Positions 20,176 through 30,819 are shown, numbered from the stretch's first letter. The stretch is 64,000 nt of DNA from Spirochaetia bacterium (GCA_965140585.1 OZ223265.1:1-64000); one strand, 5' to 3'. A program made the numbers and translations. Notes: generated by a model not told the origin, from the sequence alone.

Positions 20176-21399
20176 TCAGTTCAGCTGGGAAAGAACATCG
20201 TCCCGATCAAATCCCTGATCAAGGACCTTTATAATCTTTCCGCCTTTGACAATAGCCAGTTTAGGAACTTCAGTGATATTCATCCTGTTTGAAAGGCCTT
20301 TTGATTTGTAGATATCAATCTTGGTAAGACTCTTGTTCTTCTCAAGAAGCTTTTCAAGGACTTCAACTTCCTGAAGACATTCACGACAGCCTTCTTCCGA
20401 GGCATCGTAAACAAAAACAAGTCCGTCCCTGCCGAGAATCTGGCTGTGATAGATCTCTTCTTCAGCAATATACTTTTCCGCTGCGTAGCCGGCAATCGCG
20501 CCGTCGCCTACTGCAGTAGCAACCTGCTTCAGAAATTTATCAGTAACATCACCTACTGCATAAACACCCGGAGCTGTAGTTTCCATGTTTACAGATACCG
20601 GAATGTATCCTTTCTCGGTTATTGTAATCTTATCTTTAAAGATTTCAGTATTCGGAAGATATCCGATAAACTCAAAGCAGGTCGGAACCTTTACGTTTAT
20701 ATCTTCCTTAGTCTTCAGGTTGGTAAGAACTACATTTTCAAGGTGATCTCCGCCTTCAAAACGTTTAACAACCGTATTCCACAGAAATTCCATTTTCGGA
20801 TTGGCAAGTGCTTCAGCTTTTGCAATCTCATTACAGTCCATTTTCCCATCATCATGAATAACCGAGACATAAACCTTGTTTGCAAATTTTGTAAGGAACA
20901 TACCTTCTTCGATAGCCGCATCTCCGGAACCGATGATAAGAACATCCTTTCCTGTATTAGCCGCAGCATCACAAGTCGCACAGAATGAAATTCCTTTATC
21001 AAAAAGAAATTCTTCTTCACCTTCTGCACCGGTTGTTCTGGGTCGTCCTCCGGATGCAATAATAACAACCTTCGCCTGAAAGATATTTCTGAATGTCTCA
21101 ACTTTTTTGACTTCGCCGCTGAAATCAACTGATTTAACGTCAGTACCCTTGAATTTTACACCGAATTTCTTGGCCTGCTGTTCAAACAGCTTCATCAGAC
21201 CGAGACCTGTGGTTCCATCCGGAAATCCAGGGTAATTTTCAATTTCATTAGTATATGTAGCAAGTCCGCCCACAAGAGCCTTTTCAATAAGAAGGGTCTT
21301 GAGCCGGGCTCTTCCGCAGTAGATTCCGGCAGTAAGGCCTCCAGCCCCCCCGCCGATGATCACTACATCATAATCTTCTATCTGCTTCTCTCTAGCCAT
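20176..21399 (-). CDS. Thioredoxin reductase-like FAD oxidoreductase with C-terminal thioredoxin-like extension
   Basis: GGGAGGL, CATCD, GSGDAA motifs; C-terminal CREC domain. Confidence 0.85.
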   Translation of the reverse strand: MAREKQIEDYDVVIIGGGAGGLTAGIYCGRARLKTLLIEKALVGGLATYTNEIENYPGFPDGTTGLGLMKLFEQQAKKFGVKFKGTDVKSVDFSGEVKKVETFRNIFQAKVVIIASGGRPRTTGAEGEEEFLFDKGISFCATCDAAANTGKDVLIIGSGDAAIEEGMFLTKFANKVYVSVIHDDGKMDCNEIAKAEALANPKMEFLWNTVVKRFEGGDHLENVVLTNLKTKEDINVKVPTCFEFIGYLPNTEIFKDKITITEKGYIPVSVNMETTAPGVYAVGDVTDKFLKQVATAVGDGAIAGYAAEKYIAEEEIYHSQILGRDGLVFVYDASEEGCRECLQEVEVLEKLLEKNKSLTKIDIYKSKGLSNRMNITEVPKLAIVKGGKIIKVLDQGFDRDDVLSQLN

Positions 21400-21494
21400 T
21401 TTTTCTCCAGATAATTGTGGATGTTTATTTATTTCAAAAAATAAATAATCTCCGGAAAAACCTGATAATCCCCGTAAGGGTTTCTCAGTTTTTC

Positions 21495-22028
21495 CTACAT
21501 AAAGAACTTAACAAGCAGTTTGCTTCCCACAAATGCCCCCGCGAAGAGGAATATTGCATAAACCCAGCCTGAAACCGAGAATGAAGCGATACCGCTGAAA
21601 AGCGCACCGATATTACAGCCGAAACCGATTCTGGCCCCGTATCCCATGGCAAGTCCGCCGAGGATAGCCGCAACAACCTGTCTCCAGGTTTTAATCTTCT
21701 TTATCTTCAGCTGGCTTGCCATCAGACTGGCAAAAAGAGCGCCTATGATAATTCCGATATTCCTCATGCTGCCCGGATGGTTCAGAAATCCGTTTTCAAG
21801 CGTTCTCTGGGCACCTTCGGATGCAAAGTAGTACCATTTTTCAACACTTCCGCCGACAGCCTCATATATCCATGCTCCCCAGTTTGCGAGAACCCCGGAT
21901 ACACCCCATGGGCTTCCTGTAGCTGCCAGTGTATATATTTGAAATACTGATAAAAGTACTGCGCCCGTAATATAGGGCCAGGCATCCTTGAACCAGAGCT
22001 TATAAAATTTATTATCTTTTAAAGCCAT
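21495..22028 (-). CDS. YeeE/YedE sulfur transporter half-protein
   Basis: PWGVSG, GYGARIGFGCNIG motifs. Confidence 0.85.
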   Translation of the reverse strand: MALKDNKFYKLWFKDAWPYITGAVLLSVFQIYTLAATGSPWGVSGVLANWGAWIYEAVGGSVEKWYYFASEGAQRTLENGFLNHPGSMRNIGIIIGALFASLMASQLKIKKIKTWRQVVAAILGGLAMGYGARIGFGCNIGALFSGIASFSVSGWVYAIFLFAGAFVGSKLLVKFFM

Positions 22029-22030
22029 AA

Positions 22031-22258
22031 TTATTTTACTTTCTCAATAATAACTTCCCATTCACCGTCATCAACTTCTTCAATTTCAACGTTGTGACCC
22101 TCTTTTCTGGCCCATTCCGGAACGTTCTTCATTGCACAGCTGTGATCAATCTGAACGATCAGCAGATCGCCTACTGCGAGTTCCGCAAGTTTTTTTTCTG
22201 CCTTTACCAGGGGTACCGGACAAGCTTCTCCCAAACAATCAAGTTCATATTCTGCCAT
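22031..22258 (-). CDS. TusA/YeeD-family sulfur carrier
   Basis: LDCLGEACPVP motif, 75 aa. Confidence 0.9.
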   Translation of the reverse strand: MAEYELDCLGEACPVPLVKAEKKLAELAVGDLLIVQIDHSCAMKNVPEWARKEGHNVEIEEVDDGEWEVIIEKVK

Positions 22259-22287
22259 TTTATTTCTCCTCTAATATAGTGTTAATT

Positions 22288-22995
22288 TTAATGCTGCGAA
22301 GATTCATTTTTCCTGTTTTCCCATTTATCCGCAGCGATAAACAGGCAGGCAATTATAAGCAGCTGGACAACAAGCGCACCCGCCCATCCAAGAACGTCAG
22401 GCATGAAGATCGCCTTGCCGTTGCTTATTACATTAAGTTTCCACCATCCGAAATCATGAGCACCCCAAAGGGAGCCGATGACGAAAAAAGCGAGCGAAAG
22501 GATCTGCATCATAAATCCCTCACCTACTCTCATAAGTGTTCCGGAAGCACATCCACCGGCGATAACCATTCCTATACCGAAAATAAATGCACCTGCTGCC
22601 GTTGCAAGGCTCACAGGAACAACGTAAGACTGACCCGGTATTGGAAGTCCCTGTCTGAAAGCCCCGTATTTGATTGCCCAGAAACCGATTGAAGTCAGGG
22701 CAAAGGCTATCAGTACAGCACGTGTCACCGTTGTACTTCCAGTAAGCGATGGATCACGCATACTGGCTGTGAAACAGAACCGTGCTTTTTGCAGGATGAA
22801 TCCGAAGACAATTCCTGTAAACCAGAAAAGACCAAGATTAGGATTCTTCAGCCACAGAAGTGCACCGAGAATGAACATGATCACACCGGTAGCTATACCG
22901 AATGGAATCTGGTTTTTCTTCTTCTTTCTGGTCCTGGTCCGGGCAGACCGCTGGATTCCGCCGGTTGATGCATCTTTATTAGAAGCATCGCTCAT
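22288..22995 (-). CDS. YeeE/YedE sulfur transporter half-protein
   Basis: RFCF and GMVIAGGCASG motifs. Confidence 0.85.
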   Translation of the reverse strand: MSDASNKDASTGGIQRSARTRTRKKKKNQIPFGIATGVIMFILGALLWLKNPNLGLFWFTGIVFGFILQKARFCFTASMRDPSLTGSTTVTRAVLIAFALTSIGFWAIKYGAFRQGLPIPGQSYVVPVSLATAAGAFIFGIGMVIAGGCASGTLMRVGEGFMMQILSLAFFVIGSLWGAHDFGWWKLNVISNGKAIFMPDVLGWAGALVVQLLIIACLFIAADKWENRKNESSQH

Positions 22996-23202
22996 TAACT
23001 CACCTCCTATCCTTTTTTATTGTGATTTTATTCACGCAGACATCATTTTATTGTGACTTTATATCGTTTAAAATCATTCTGTTGTATGCCCGCATTCGGA
23101 TTCATTATAAGCCATAAATATGCAGAAGACAATATAAAGTTTTATAAATATCGATAAAAATCTATACTTGACAGCAGCCCCGGACGCCAATAATATAATT
23201 CA

Positions 23203-24759
23203 GTGAAGCAGAATGTCGACAAATACCATAGCTTTTTAGTCATATATATCGTTATCTGGACATTAATTAACTTTTTCGTACTTACAGCCTGGCCCTTCAT
23301 GCATACCGATGAGTCCTGGCTGGCATCGCTGAGCAGAGAAATGCTCTCGACAGGCAATGCTGCTGCAACTGAACCTTTTTTCGATCTGTTGTACCGGACT
23401 CCCCACGCAGTCAGACTTTTATTTCATGCTACACAAGGCCTGTTTATTGCGTCCGGAGGTTTTTCTTTGGCGACAGTCAGAACATTATCATTGCTTTCGG
23501 CAAGCATCTGTCTGTATCTGTTCTACCGCATTGCAAAAAACTACAGACTTCCCGGGCTGCCTGCGGCTATTCTTCTTTCAGTGGATATGCAGTTTATCTA
23601 TTCCGCGCATATGGCAAGGCAGGAGATTATCATCCTCCTGCTGATGCTTGCCGGAATTGAGCTTATATCAGGCTCGCAGCCTTCATCATTAAAAAAGGGA
23701 ATTATTTCGGGTATTCCTATAGCATTGTCATTTTTCATTCATCCGTATGGAGCACTTGCCGCCCTGCCCTCCGGTCTTGTGATTCTAATTGGGCTGATAC
23801 AGGGTAAACGTAGGCTTCAGGAGCTTGCTGGCTATGCTGGTGTTACAGCAACAGCGGCCGTGGCTGTTGTATCTGTAAGCATGCTGATGAATCTCAATTT
23901 TATTTCAGAATATCCCCGCTATGGGTCTAGCGAAGGTGTTTCAGATACACTGTCAGTTAAGCTTCTGGGATTTGATGATTTTTACCGCAAACTCTTCCTC
24001 CGTATTAGCGGAACTTATTATATTCCTGAGATACGACCGCTTTTCATTACCGGAGCAGCAGCCTTTATCGCAGGGCTCTTCTGCAGGAACCTGAGAAAAA
24101 GCAGCCTGTACCGTGATGCACTGACCGGATTTGCAGCAGTTAATGCAGGGATTCTCCTTATCGGCAAGTACAGCCCGGTATCTGTGCTTTTCACTGTCCC
24201 CTTTCTGATGCTTCTGATAAACGGTGCTTTAAACTGTCTGAAAGGCATCTATACAAAAGTGGCGGCAGGTGTACTTATTGCAGTTTTTACCGCCAGTTCA
24301 ATCACAGGAATCGTTTCAGATATAAAAAATGAAAAAGAGAGCTATAATGATTTCTGCGAATCTCTGGCCGACAGTACGGAACCGGGAGAAGCCGTACTGG
24401 GCGGACTTCAGCTGAGCTTTGCCCTTCCGGATAATCAGTTATATGACTGGCGGAACCTGGAGCATCTGAATGATGCAGGACTGAATATCCCGACCTATAT
24501 AGAAAAGAACCATATCAGTTACATCTTTATGACTGATGAAATTGATTATATTTATGCTTCAAGACCTGTATGGAACATAATGTACGGAAATCCGTCAGGA
24601 TGGTATCAGGAGCTTAAGGAATTCATTTCCGGGAACTGCGTTCTGCTAAGAGAACTGAAAAGTCCGGGCTATGCGGAAAGGCTGGTTCACAGAAGAAACG
24701 GAGACGGAAGTTTCCGTATTTATAAGGTAAATCAGGATTATTTCATCAACAGTGAATAG
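23203..24759 (+). CDS. GT-C fold membrane glycosyltransferase (ArnT/PMT-like)
   Basis: DE motif after first TM (HTDES), many TM helices, soluble C-terminus. Confidence 0.7.
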   Translation: MKQNVDKYHSFLVIYIVIWTLINFFVLTAWPFMHTDESWLASLSREMLSTGNAAATEPFFDLLYRTPHAVRLLFHATQGLFIASGGFSLATVRTLSLLSASICLYLFYRIAKNYRLPGLPAAILLSVDMQFIYSAHMARQEIIILLLMLAGIELISGSQPSSLKKGIISGIPIALSFFIHPYGALAALPSGLVILIGLIQGKRRLQELAGYAGVTATAAVAVVSVSMLMNLNFISEYPRYGSSEGVSDTLSVKLLGFDDFYRKLFLRISGTYYIPEIRPLFITGAAAFIAGLFCRNLRKSSLYRDALTGFAAVNAGILLIGKYSPVSVLFTVPFLMLLINGALNCLKGIYTKVAAGVLIAVFTASSITGIVSDIKNEKESYNDFCESLADSTEPGEAVLGGLQLSFALPDNQLYDWRNLEHLNDAGLNIPTYIEKNHISYIFMTDEIDYIYASRPVWNIMYGNPSGWYQELKEFISGNCVLLRELKSPGYAERLVHRRNGDGSFRIYKVNQDYFINSE

Positions 24760-25493
24760 AGTTTTCGTTCAAGAGCTATGAACGCATCCGAAAACTCATT
24801 ATCACGATCTTCAATATCAACATCGATCTCAACAGGCTGTTCCCCGCCCAGAATAATCACCCTATCGGCTATATACACTGCTTCACGGATATCATGAGTC
24901 ACAAAAAGTACAGAAGAATCAACGCCTTTTTTCAGTGAGCGTATCATTTTCTGAAGCTCCTTTCTGGTTGGAGCATCAAGAGCGGTAAAAGGTTCATCAA
25001 GAAGAAGTACCCCCGGGTCTGAGATAAGAGCCCTTGCGATCACCGCTCTCTGCTTCATCCCTCCGGAAAGCCGTGCGGGATAATAATCAGAAAAACCTTT
25101 AAGTCCCGCCAGTTCAAGCAGCATCTCAGCTTTTTCTGAATATCCCCCACTGCCTTTGAGAGGCAGCAGAATATTTGATTTCACATCAAGCCAGGGGAAA
25201 AGCTGGTTCATATCCTGAAAAACCATAATACGTCCCGGCCCCGGAGAGGAATCAGGCTTGCCAAGAAAGAAAACACTGCCGCCTGAAGGCCTAAGAAAAC
25301 CTGCGGCTATATTGAGAAGTGTTGTTTTACCGCAGCCCGAAGCCCCGAGGATACAGACAATCTCCCTCTTAAAAAGTGATATGGAAACATCATTCAGGAC
25401 CTCCGGTCCATCAGGATATTTATAACTGATGTTATTTAGACTCAGAACGGGATTTTCAGATTCGTGTTTATTCATTTCTCCGACATCCCCCAC
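24738..25493 (-). CDS. ABC transporter ATP-binding protein (TauB/SsuB-like)
   Basis: GASGCGKT, LSGGMKQR, LLLDEPF. Confidence 0.9.
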   Translation of the reverse strand: MGDVGEMNKHESENPVLSLNNISYKYPDGPEVLNDVSISLFKREIVCILGASGCGKTTLLNIAAGFLRPSGGSVFFLGKPDSSPGPGRIMVFQDMNQLFPWLDVKSNILLPLKGSGGYSEKAEMLLELAGLKGFSDYYPARLSGGMKQRAVIARALISDPGVLLLDEPFTALDAPTRKELQKMIRSLKKGVDSSVLFVTHDIREAVYIADRVIILGGEQPVEIDVDIEDRDNEFSDAFIALERKLYSLLMK

Positions 25494-26251
25494 TTAACCA
25501 GCGTTCTAAGTTCAATCTGCCTAAACAGTACACTTTCAACAAGAAGCCCTATTAGCGCAAGCATGATTATCCCGGCATACATCCCCTGAGTATCCATGAA
25601 TACCCTGCGGCTGAAGATATACCAGCCAAGGCCTCCCCCGCTTCCTGTAATTCCGAAAAGCATCTCCGCACTGATAGCTGCACGCCAGGCTCTTGCCCAT
25701 GCAGTCCGGAGACCTGCGAAAATATGGGGAAATGCAGCAGGGACCATTATCCTGAAAAAAAATTGAGTCCGGCTGAATCCGTAGTTATATCCTATTTTTT
25801 TGTACAGCTCAGGAACTGAATTGAACCCTGCACTGATATTGATGAACAAAGGCCATAAGACAGAATGCAGTATAACCATCAGAACAGTCAGCCGCCCTAT
25901 ACCGAAGAAAAGAATAAAAAGCGGCATAAGTGCAATTCCGGGAAGCGGATGAAAAACTGCAGTAAGAAGATTACCGAGGCTCCGGATTAATTTGAACTGA
26001 AAAGAAAGCGAAGCTAGCAGAACCGAGACGATTATCCCTGCAGATATACCAGAAAGAACAAAAAGCAGAGAAACTGCTGTGCCTGCCGCCAGATTACCGG
26101 AAACAAGATTGGTGAAAAATGCAAGCAGGGTATTTTCAACATTAGGCAGTATAAGTGGAGAAATGATACCGCTTCTTGAAGCCGCCTCCCAGGCAGCCAG
26201 CAATATAATGAACCAGATCACGCTGCTTAATGTATACCGGCTGATTTTCAT
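25472..26251 (-). CDS. ABC transporter permease (TauC/SsuC-like)
   Basis: Six-TM pattern, AEM...GGLG motif. Confidence 0.88.
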   Translation of the reverse strand: MKISRYTLSSVIWFIILLAAWEAASRSGIISPLILPNVENTLLAFFTNLVSGNLAAGTAVSLLFVLSGISAGIIVSVLLASLSFQFKLIRSLGNLLTAVFHPLPGIALMPLFILFFGIGRLTVLMVILHSVLWPLFINISAGFNSVPELYKKIGYNYGFSRTQFFFRIMVPAAFPHIFAGLRTAWARAWRAAISAEMLFGITGSGGGLGWYIFSRRVFMDTQGMYAGIIMLALIGLLVESVLFRQIELRTLVKWGMSEK

Positions 26252-27213
26252 CTTTGATAAACAGCCTCTTCATAAGATCTGCTGCCGGAAAGGTATTCCT
26301 GCTCAATCATGAAGGATACAAAGCACTCATACCCCTTAACCTCGTCGGTGAAGATGAAGCCGGGTTCAGACAGATATGCAAGAACTGTATCTGCGGGGAT
26401 GTCATAAAACTCTGAGAGAATCTCTGAAGCATCTGACGGATTAGTACTTATAAAATCAATAGCTTTGTCCAATGCACTTAAATATTCATTCAGCAGTTCC
26501 GGCTCTTCTTCTATAAATGCATTTGATGCCATACCTGCTATAAAGGTGAACTCCCCGCCGAAAGCTTCCTCACCCGTGAGGATAATCTCAAAGTCGCCGT
26601 TATTCCCGTTTGTTTCATCAAAAATGTAGGGAGGTGATGTAAAATGAGCATCAACAGAACCCGAGAATAGAGCGGTTTCACCGTCAGGATGCTTCATTGT
26701 TACAAGGCTTGAATCAAATCTGGCAGCATTTCCAAACTCACGATCGGAAGCCATAGACAGCAGTATGTGCTGAATGCTTCCCGGCTGGGGAAGCGCAATC
26801 CGCTGTCCGGGTTCAAGTGCAGAAAGATCCGGAATCTTGTTGGGATCTGCAACAAGCCCCACAGGGCAGATGCTGAGGCCGGTGACAAGCTGCCACTCCA
26901 TCCCCTTATCGTAGCCGATTAGAAAAGGGGGAATTCCCATAAAACCGGCATCAACATCACCGGCAAGTACGGCTTCTCTTATAGCAGCAGTATTTCCAAG
27001 CTTTACCCACTTAACCGTGAGGCCGGGCACTGCTTTTTCAAGAAATCCCTTCGCTTTCATTATCTGAAGCGGAGCATAGGCAAGCCCGTACTGCTCTGCT
27101 ATTGTTATAGAGGCTTCTTTTGAGCATGAAACCGAAAGAAAAGCTGTTGCAAGTAAAATAAGCGGAATAAATTTTTTAGCCACTATAGCCCCCGAAAAGC
27201 ATTTTATTGTCAA
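26248..27213 (-). CDS. ABC transporter substrate-binding lipoprotein (NMT1/SsuA-like)
   Basis: Lipobox SVSC; adjacent permease and ATPase. Confidence 0.82.
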   Translation of the reverse strand: MTIKCFSGAIVAKKFIPLILLATAFLSVSCSKEASITIAEQYGLAYAPLQIMKAKGFLEKAVPGLTVKWVKLGNTAAIREAVLAGDVDAGFMGIPPFLIGYDKGMEWQLVTGLSICPVGLVADPNKIPDLSALEPGQRIALPQPGSIQHILLSMASDREFGNAARFDSSLVTMKHPDGETALFSGSVDAHFTSPPYIFDETNGNNGDFEIILTGEEAFGGEFTFIAGMASNAFIEEEPELLNEYLSALDKAIDFISTNPSDASEILSEFYDIPADTVLAYLSEPGFIFTDEVKGYECFVSFMIEQEYLSGSRSYEEAVYQR

Positions 27214-28450
27214 AGATTATCATATTTTTCCCATGCAGGTCGCGGATCTCAAGATTTTTATATGCCGTTGAAACTGCAGCATCCGCATCCTCCCTGGATC
27301 CTGTACAGACAAGGAAATATCCGGCACGCTGAGTCGAATCCTGCATCGGCCTTATTGCAGTTCCTTCAGACTGAAGAAAACCTCCGGCAGTAACGTCATC
27401 AAGGCTTAGAACCTCATTCATTCCAGAGCATGATTTAATCACACCTTCGCAGCAGTAAAACATCTGCAGTGAAACAACCCTGTCAATCTTATTGAAGTCA
27501 GGCTCATTTATAATGTTCTTCCCTGCCAGCTGCCCGGTTGCAAGGCTTATACTCAGATCAAGAAGATCCGTTCCGCAGATAAAGGGTATAAAACGGTCCT
27601 CATATGCCCCGCCCAGCCGGGCGGCAGCTTCATTCAGAAAAACTCCGCGTCCGCCGCAGAGAAACTGCATGTATGCAGGACCTGATTTAATTCCGATATG
27701 TTCGATTACACGGGAGGCAATACTCCGTATCTGTTCAAGCTTATCCATATGTTTCGATGGATAATGATGTGCAATACAGACCCCGATATGAGGAAAGTTC
27801 TGTATGGTGACCCTGTCTGTGAGAGATAATACATGAAGCCTTCCATTTTCAACCCATCCGCTGAGCGTTACCTCCTCCGACTCGTAATACTCCTCAACAA
27901 GAATCCCCTGCCTCCTGCTGTGCGATTCTACTTCTCCGTAGAAGTCACTCACCTCTTCCGGACTTCCCGCTAGTATAACTCCACGCTGCCCCTGGGAATC
28001 CGCCGGCTTGCAGACAACCGGAAACGCCATTCCATCAAGAGCCCCTGAACTTAAGCCTTTTTCGAGTACCCGGTATGGAAGTAATGGAATCCCATGGCTT
28101 TTCAGAAAATTCTTCTGCTCGATTTTATCTGTTACAAGCTCTGCCTGCCGCCGGGTTAGATGATAGTGAATGCCGAGTGATTCTGAAACAATTGCTGCAG
28201 TAAGTACAGGCTGATCGGTTGCAGCAGCGATAATACCGTCAATATGCTCCCCGGACCGGCTCATAAAAGCGGTAAGCGCAACCGCGGTTTGCTCCGCATC
28301 GAATGTTGAAGCCTCAATAAAATTATCAGCAAGCAGGCAGCCCGGAGCATCCGGATTTCTGTCGGAAACCGAGACTTTACAGCCTAGCTCACGACATCTG
28401 CTTATCAGGCTGAGCTGCCCGGAGCCCCCGCCAAGAATATGAATCAGCAA
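27176..28450 (-). CDS. ATP-grasp domain protein
   Basis: ILGGG, KPADSQGQRGV, EEY, NEAAARLGG motifs. Confidence 0.85.
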   Translation of the reverse strand: MLIHILGGGSGQLSLISRCRELGCKVSVSDRNPDAPGCLLADNFIEASTFDAEQTAVALTAFMSRSGEHIDGIIAAATDQPVLTAAIVSESLGIHYHLTRRQAELVTDKIEQKNFLKSHGIPLLPYRVLEKGLSSGALDGMAFPVVCKPADSQGQRGVILAGSPEEVSDFYGEVESHSRRQGILVEEYYESEEVTLSGWVENGRLHVLSLTDRVTIQNFPHIGVCIAHHYPSKHMDKLEQIRSIASRVIEHIGIKSGPAYMQFLCGGRGVFLNEAAARLGGAYEDRFIPFICGTDLLDLSISLATGQLAGKNIINEPDFNKIDRVVSLQMFYCCEGVIKSCSGMNEVLSLDDVTAGGFLQSEGTAIRPMQDSTQRAGYFLVCTGSREDADAAVSTAYKNLEIRDLHGKNMIIFDNKMLFGGYSG

Positions 28451-29214
28451 AGACAGCCTCCCTTTTCAGCGATTGTACACTGAACAGAACCGGAAGTATT
28501 ACAACCCGTGTCTGTTCGATAATTTCTGAAGGTATATTTTGATATCAGTCCGGCAAACAGTATAAATCTGCGCAGAACAGAATATCTGCCCCGCCGGCCC
28601 CGTAATTCTGTTCCGGAGTAGTACACGTTGGATGCCTTCAGTTCATTATCTCTGAGAACCTCGGCAGAAATATAGAATCCATCACCTTCTAAATCAAGTA
28701 ATTTATTCACAGCATTTTTCCCGAGTAGACGGTAGCTTGAAACCTTGACACTGCCGGTACGGGTAATATATGAAAAAAAGAGATCACGCATTCTGCTGCC
28801 GAAAGTCCTTTTTTCATTTATACCCTTCACAGCAAAAACGGCATCATACCCAAGTCCCAGGAGCTTGAGCATATCAGGGATAAGCTCGGGCGGATGCTGA
28901 AGATCATCATCTATTGTTAAAACCGGAACGCCCCTGCCAAGCCTCATACCGCAGATCGTAGCAGGCTGCTGTCCGAAATTCCGTTCAAGTCTAATCCATC
29001 CTGCCTGAATGTTCTCTGACGCAATTTCTTTCATCACTGAAACAGACCCATCGGAGCTGCCGTCATCAATAAAGATAATTTTGTAGTCCGTTCCGCATCC
29101 GGCAAGTACTGAGCTCAGTTTACTGTATGTTTCATAAAGATATTCCGAACCGTTGAATACAGGAATAATGACATCGAGTGAAGCCTGTTCCGCGGATATG
29201 GAGCTGTCATTCAT
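28444..29214 (-). CDS. GT2 glycosyltransferase (ArnC/DPM synthase-like)
   Basis: IIPVFN, DDGSSD, RNFGQ, DDDLQHPPE. Confidence 0.88.
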   Translation of the reverse strand: MNDSSISAEQASLDVIIPVFNGSEYLYETYSKLSSVLAGCGTDYKIIFIDDGSSDGSVSVMKEIASENIQAGWIRLERNFGQQPATICGMRLGRGVPVLTIDDDLQHPPELIPDMLKLLGLGYDAVFAVKGINEKRTFGSRMRDLFFSYITRTGSVKVSSYRLLGKNAVNKLLDLEGDGFYISAEVLRDNELKASNVYYSGTELRGRRGRYSVLRRFILFAGLISKYTFRNYRTDTGCNTSGSVQCTIAEKGGCLC

Positions 29215-29273
29215 AGGCGGATTATAACCGAAGCTTCATAAATTATAAAGCAAAGTTTTCTGCCGTATATCTA

Positions 29274-29302
29274 TTGACATTTTTTCTGCATTTAAGTATA
29301 AA
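29274..29302 (+). promoter_or_regulatory. Sigma70-type promoter of tRNA-Phe
   Basis: TTGACA-17 bp-TATAAA ending 10 bp before the tRNA. Confidence 0.75.
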
Positions 29303-29312
29303 TTACTCCATT

Positions 29313-29385
<73 letters not shown>

Positions 29386-29396
29386 AACCATTAAAA

Positions 29397-29437
29397 GCCT
29401 GTAATTTATTAACTTATAATGAATTACAGGCCTTTTT
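29397..29437 (+). terminator. Element-supplied terminator after the reconstituted tRNA
   Basis: GCCTGTAATTTATTA/TAATGAATTACAGGC hairpin then T5. Confidence 0.65.
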
Positions 29438-29520
29438 ACAGACTACCGGACAACCGGCGTCGTAACAAAATCATCTAAAGTGTCACCAAAATGACACTAT
29501 CAGAAGAATTGGAGTACACG

Positions 29521-30687
29521 ATGCTGGAAAGATTACCCTTCACTCTCTATAAAAGAACATTAAAATCAGGAAAAAAAGTTTATTACGCAAAATTCCTTCA
29601 GATGAATGGTAAATATACTGCTGGCCGGAGTACAGGAAAGGCAAATAGAAAAGCTGCAGAAATTGAAGCCTGGAAATATATCTCAACTGGTCGAATTTCA
29701 GAGAAACAAAATATTAAGTTGAAGGAATTTTCTAAAGACTTTTTCTCCTGGAATGGAGACTGGGCCTTATACAAAAGAAGTGCTGGAATGCGTCTCTCTG
29801 AAGATCATTGCAAAAGGAATCAATCTTTAACATCTTGTCATGTAGAAAATAGAATTGGAGATCTATATCTTACAGATATTGATACAGTCGTCGTAAAAAA
29901 TCTACGAAATCAACTCTACTCTGAAGGATATGCGGGGAGCACAATCAATAAGGTACTAGGCTGTTTAAAGGCAATCCTTGAATCAGCAGAAGAGAAACGT
30001 CTTCTCAGATATATGCCAAGATTTGAGAGAGCGGCTTTGAATCAGGAGGAAAGAGGCATCTTAACACAAGAAGAAGTTTCAGAACTATTTTCTTTAGAAT
30101 GGACAGATAAAAGAGTATACGCGGGTAACCTTATAAGCGCGGCAACTGGATTCAGATTATCAGAGGTGTTGGGAATAAAGAGGAACAATATAAAACCAGG
30201 ATATTTAGAAATCAAGGGCTCATGGTCCACTCGAACGCGCACATATAAATCAGGTTTAAAGAACGGCTCGAAAACAAAGGCTGTCCCAATTCCACAATCT
30301 ATTCAGACAGTTATCACAGAATTACTGGAAGAATCTCCATATAAACATCCAGATGCATATCTATTATTTTGTCCAGGATATCCCGAAAAACCAATTGAAC
30401 ATATCAAGCTAACAAAAGGTTTTGCAGAGATGCTCACAAAGTTGGATATACCTATCACTGAAGAACTTCGAAAATCTCGAAATATTAGTTTTCACAGTCA
30501 TAGGCATTTCTTTAATAGTCTTTTAGTTGAATCAAGGATACCACTTCAGAAAATACAAAAACTCACCGGACATTTAAGCCCTGAAATGACTCAGAGATAT
30601 TATCATACAGATGATCTATCAGATGTTGAAATGGTTACAGGCGAAATTTTCAATAAAGTAATAGCATTCCGACAAAAAGCTGTATAG
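29521..30687 (+). CDS. Tyrosine recombinase / phage integrase
   Basis: TGFRLSE, HSHRH, GH...YY catalytic motifs; N-terminal arm-binding-like region; GGAG before ATG 29521 (alternative start 29491). Confidence 0.93.
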   Translation: MLERLPFTLYKRTLKSGKKVYYAKFLQMNGKYTAGRSTGKANRKAAEIEAWKYISTGRISEKQNIKLKEFSKDFFSWNGDWALYKRSAGMRLSEDHCKRNQSLTSCHVENRIGDLYLTDIDTVVVKNLRNQLYSEGYAGSTINKVLGCLKAILESAEEKRLLRYMPRFERAALNQEERGILTQEEVSELFSLEWTDKRVYAGNLISAATGFRLSEVLGIKRNNIKPGYLEIKGSWSTRTRTYKSGLKNGSKTKAVPIPQSIQTVITELLEESPYKHPDAYLLFCPGYPEKPIEHIKLTKGFAEMLTKLDIPITEELRKSRNISFHSHRHFFNSLLVESRIPLQKIQKLTGHLSPEMTQRYYHTDDLSDVEMVTGEIFNKVIAFRQKAV

Positions 30688-30819
30688 CACAAATGCTCGC
30701 ATTTTTAAAATTTGCGACAGGAAGCTATTGCAAATTATTTCAATTTCAATGTAGATTTATTATGCAGTTATCAAGATTAGATTACCATTACGTCTGTTAA
30801 TCATTTTAACAGAGGTATT

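Noticed and set aside
1810-27764. Many antisense and alternate-frame ORFs in the host region
   Set aside because: They overlap well-supported genes and lack motifs or RBS
29521-30687. Integrase as an integron integrase for the attC-like array
   Set aside because: Has an arm-binding-like N-terminus, sits at a tRNA att site and shows no recognisable IntI-specific insertion; an HMM test would confirm
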